DNA of 64,000 nt. Source: Candidatus Poribacteria bacterium. GTDB taxonomy: Bacteria; Poribacteria; WGA-4E; PCPOR2b. The stretch is taken from contig OZ252032.1 in NCBI GenBank assembly GCA_965247655.1, positions 5,339,843 to 5,403,842 of the forward strand. Reading direction: 5' to 3'. The translations under genes were made by a program, and so were the position numbers. Shown here one piece after another: positions 61,051 through 64,000 of this stretch (positions within the stretch are counted from its first letter, which is position 1; every line of letters starts with the position of its first letter). The notes below the pieces were generated by a model. The model saw only the letters and a list, made by a program, of their open reading frames with translations. It had not been told where the DNA came from and did not search any database.

Positions 61051-62040
61051 TCAATCTATCCTATATGACAAATCAATCTGCGCTGAACTGCCAATGTTGA
61101 ACTGATGGAAACCTCCGTATATCCTTGCATCGGTACCAATGACTGATTGGTGGATTAGGACATCTTGTACTTCCGCATTCGGGTGGATAATCGCATCTTT
61201 AATAATCGCATTGACAACCCGCGTTCCATTGCCAATCGAGGCATGGGGACCGATAATAGTGCCCTCAATAACAGTGCCCTCCCCGATAAAGACGGGCGGG
61301 ATAACCACACTGTTGGGAAAGCGATAAATTTGCGGTGCCCGTTTTTCTAAAATAGACTGATTGGCTGCCAAGAGTTGGTCTGTTGTGCCGCAATGTAGCG
61401 AGTTAATGAACTCGACCTTCATCTGCTCGCCATATTCTAACATCAACTGCAACCCATCTGTCAACTGATATTCGTTGTGGGTACGGATATCTCTTTCAAT
61501 AATCTCATCTAGACAGCGGAACAGCAGTTCGCTATTTTGGATGTAATACGCGCCTTCAATAACAAGGTTTGTCGGTGGATTTTCAGGCTTCTCGATCAGG
61601 CGCGTAATAAACTTGCCATCCGTCTCAACGATACCGACTCCTTGCGGATTCTCGACCATCTTAACGCCGATAACCGTGTAAGGATTCTGGACAATTTTTT
61701 GATAGCCACATTCAAAGATTTTATCACCGAGCAGAATCAGAAGGGGTTCTCCATTGTCGCACTCTTTAGCCAGTGAGATAGCATGTCCGAGTCCCTTTGG
61801 TTCATTTTGCCAAATATAGGTTGCGGGCAGATTGTAGTACCTGTCGACATATTCGCGGAGCTGCTCTCCCTTGTCACCGACGATGAGAATCAGTTCGGAG
61901 AGATCGGGAAGTTCAAGGAGCGATTCAAGGAGATAGTTGAGGATGGGACGTCCTGCGACATGTATGAGCGTTTTAGGGGAAGTGAAAGTGTGAGGTCTGA
62001 GTCGTGTGCCGCTGCCTGCGGTAGGGATAATGACTTTCAT
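61051..62040 (-). CDS. Sugar-1-phosphate nucleotidyltransferase with C-terminal left-handed beta-helix (hexapeptide) domain
   Basis: MKVIIPTAGSGTRLRP signature, hexapeptide repeats at the C-terminus; AAGGAAGGAA RBS before ATG 62040. Confidence 0.75.
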   Translation of the reverse strand: MKVIIPTAGSGTRLRPHTFTSPKTLIHVAGRPILNYLLESLLELPDLSELILIVGDKGEQLREYVDRYYNLPATYIWQNEPKGLGHAISLAKECDNGEPLLILLGDKIFECGYQKIVQNPYTVIGVKMVENPQGVGIVETDGKFITRLIEKPENPPTNLVIEGAYYIQNSELLFRCLDEIIERDIRTHNEYQLTDGLQLMLEYGEQMKVEFINSLHCGTTDQLLAANQSILEKRAPQIYRFPNSVVIPPVFIGEGTVIEGTIIGPHASIGNGTRVVNAIIKDAIIHPNAEVQDVLIHQSVIGTDARIYGGFHQFNIGSSAQIDLSYRID

Positions 62041-62127
62041 CAAGGTTCCTTCCTTCGATGATCTGGCTGCCTTTGGGTTCAAAGCGAAACTTCAACGGCA
62101 AGAGTCCCAAATCCGAAAGGGCCGCTA

Positions 62128-63087
62128 TTACCGCCCCCTGTTTCTTTTTGGGACATAAAACAGAAAGTATCCCCCGCCTCCTGCTCCTAGAATCTTGCCG
62201 CCCAGCGCACCCGCAGTGATAGCACGCTCATAGATGGTATCCAGCTTATGGTTTGAAATGCTATCACAGAGGGTGCGCTTCAGCTGCCAAGCACGATGTA
62301 ACAGATGTCCAACCTCATAGAGGCAATCCCCCGATAGATCGGCGTCTTCGTCCCGACGTGTCGGGGGATTAAGAAACTCGCGGTTGCCCTCGACGAGGAC
62401 ATCATAAAACGTAGGCACAAGTCCCTTGATTTCCAGAAGCGTCTGGGGACTCGCATCACGTTTCTGTTCGTGTAGGATGGTCTCGGCGCATCGTTGAATC
62501 CCTGTATAGAACAGGATGAAATTTTCTTCCAAATACGCTATCGTTTCGGGGATTACTGGGATGTCTTGTATGTGGACACTCTCATCTCTGTTAAACTGAA
62601 TCCGCCTCAACCCGCCGTAGGCGGCGATATACTGATCTTGCTTCCCGATAGGTTGGTTCAAGCGTTCTATCTCAATCTCGCACGCTTGATGCGCTAGGCT
62701 TTCCGGTGACATTTCAATTCCTTGATAGGCGTACAGCGCATTGAGTAATCCGACGGTTAATGCACTTGACGATCCCAATCCACAGCCGCGCGAGGGGACA
62801 TCAGATGTCACTGTGATGGATAGTCCACCCCCGCTAGCGGGGGGGAAGGTTTTCCGCACCGTTTCTCTAATCAGAGGATGCTGGATGTAGTCAGGGTCAG
62901 AAACCGTTTCATGGCGATCTGGAGTGTTGATAGCAATTTGAGAATTTTGCTCCCTTGTGATGTGGACGGTGATATATTTGTCAATAGCGGTGCTGATGAC
63001 CTCTCCACCATATTGCCGATAAAAGTTGGAGATATCGGTTCCGCCCCCAACAAAACTGATGCGTATCGGTGTGAGCGAAATAATCAT
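62128..63087 (-). CDS. GHMP-family sugar kinase
   Basis: GHMP motif PSRGCGLGSSSALTVG; operon with the nucleotidyltransferase. Confidence 0.75.
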   Translation of the reverse strand: MIISLTPIRISFVGGGTDISNFYRQYGGEVISTAIDKYITVHITREQNSQIAINTPDRHETVSDPDYIQHPLIRETVRKTFPPASGGGLSITVTSDVPSRGCGLGSSSALTVGLLNALYAYQGIEMSPESLAHQACEIEIERLNQPIGKQDQYIAAYGGLRRIQFNRDESVHIQDIPVIPETIAYLEENFILFYTGIQRCAETILHEQKRDASPQTLLEIKGLVPTFYDVLVEGNREFLNPPTRRDEDADLSGDCLYEVGHLLHRAWQLKRTLCDSISNHKLDTIYERAITAGALGGKILGAGGGGYFLFYVPKRNRGR

Positions 63088-63166
63088 GAGGTCTCCCTGA
63101 CGGATTTCGGAAAGATTGAGAATGGTTTCCCTGTGCGAAAATCGGACGATTGAAGTTTAATCAGAT

Positions 63167-64000
63167 TCATGATGACACCAGCGAATGGCAGTACGGAACG
63201 GTTTGTTCCAAACCGTCTCGGAGAGAGGTCTGGGGTGCCCACCCCAAATCCCGCCGAATTTTCTCAGGACTGAGTGCGATGCGATGGATTTCGCCAAGCC
63301 GTGGCTCGGCATACACCGGACACATTTCAACGATGTCTTTACGCTCCGTGATAGAACCAATAATCCCTTTCAATCGGCAAAACAGGTCGTTGAGACTGGT
63401 GTGTTGCCCGGTGCTCACATGATAGATCTCCCGGTCACCGCCTGTTAGTGCGAGCAAATTTGCCGCAATGGCATCCTCAACAAAGAGGTAGTCGCGTGTC
63501 GAACTGCCATCCCCAAAGATGGTTGGAGGGACCCCTTTTAGCATGGATGCTGCGAAAATGGCAACCACCCCTGCACCCCCATGTGGCTGTTGACGGGGGC
63601 CATAGATATTGGCGTAACGCAGGACGGTGTAGTTAAGTTCCGCGTTGACCGATGCCAGAAACAGGAATGCTCGACGGTGTGTTTGCTGATCCCGTAGGGA
63701 GAGATAGGGGCGATAGGATGCGCTTCATCAACGGGGAGGTAGCTTGGCTCGCCGTAGACGGTGCCGCCGCTGGAGGCGTAAATCACCTTTTTTACATCAT
63801 ATTCGATACAACACTGGATGAGACGGATTGAGCCGATGATATTGTGTTGTGCATCGAAAACCGGATCGACGTTGGATCGGCGCACGTCGTTTTGTGCCGC
63901 ATGGTGGTTGACAATATCCGGTTTCTCTCGCTGGAAGATTTCATCAAGCGACGAATCCAAGAGGGATGCGTGGTAAAATTTCGCACACGGGTTGAGGTTG
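63167..64000 (-). CDS. NAD-dependent nucleotide-sugar epimerase/dehydratase (GalE-like); 5' end beyond window edge; apparent frameshift near 63660
   Basis: ASSGGTVYGEP, PYGISKHTVEH (YxxxK) and, in a second frame, LRYANIYGPRQQPHGGAGVVAIF...; two overlapping ORFs 63538..63960 and 63167..63568. Confidence 0.7.

Noticed and set aside
1-64000. CRISPR array
   Set aside because: No regularly spaced direct repeats of 25-40 nt were seen. The only tandem repeats are short (TTTTCATAG x2.5 at about 48420; CACGTTTCATGTTT x2 at about 51505).

Overview
This is a 64-kb bacterial chromosomal window of moderate GC from an unidentified lineage. The gene content resembles PVC-, Poribacteria- or Latescibacteria-type genomes: TolB-like beta-propeller proteins, a sulfatase, several Gfo/Idh/MocA oxidoreductases, and a cytochrome c-fused sugar dehydrogenase. 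I call about 50 protein genes and one tRNA-Ala(GGC).

The window divides into three parts.

1. Core-like carbohydrate and redox genes at both ends. These include a Cys-type sulfatase, an aldo/keto reductase, two enolase-superfamily enzymes, four Gfo/Idh/MocA oxidoreductases, an S9 peptidase, a fatty-acyl-CoA ligase, an alpha-galactosidase-like glycoside hydrolase, a 1198-aa cytochrome c / sugar dehydrogenase fusion, and a sugar-activation set (nucleotidyltransferase, GHMP kinase, epimerase) that runs off the right edge.

2. A roughly 20-kb accessory island at about 13.7 to 35.4 kb. It is bounded on the left by an IS5-family insertion that splits an alpha/beta-hydrolase gene; the IS has perfect 16-bp terminal inverted repeats and a TTAG target duplication. 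It is bounded on the right by an IS982-family element. The island is packed with small-molecule-modifying enzyme families: a sulfotransferase, three GNATs, four methyltransferases, two APH-type kinases, a P-loop kinase, an SDR, an adenosine-deaminase-like hydrolase, and three tandem paralogs of a nucleotidyltransferase-like/DUF4037-like family. It also carries a 1.45-kb direct segmental duplication (methyltransferase plus GNAT) and a family of roughly 90-nt intergenic repeats.

3. An IS200/IS605-family tnpB-only element on the minus strand at about 54.3 to 55.8 kb, with several truncated derivatives of its ends. A tnpB-less remnant of about 330 bp lies upstream of the glycoside hydrolase gene. 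A 35-nt fragment sits at 56.9 kb. A conserved roughly 55-nt end segment directly abuts the start codons of two different genes. A candidate omega-RNA locus overlaps the tnpB 3' end.

Other notable points are a PIN-domain toxin gene split by an in-frame TAA with no visible antitoxin, several frameshifted genes, and a recurrent 14-17-nt motif (TAGCAACTTGCG, followed by a -10-like TTAnAAT hexamer in three of the four copies) upstream of four genes. The frameshifted genes include a transglutaminase-like gene broken exactly at its catalytic-Cys codon in a T-run. No CRISPR array, rRNA or recognizable defence-system cassette was seen.
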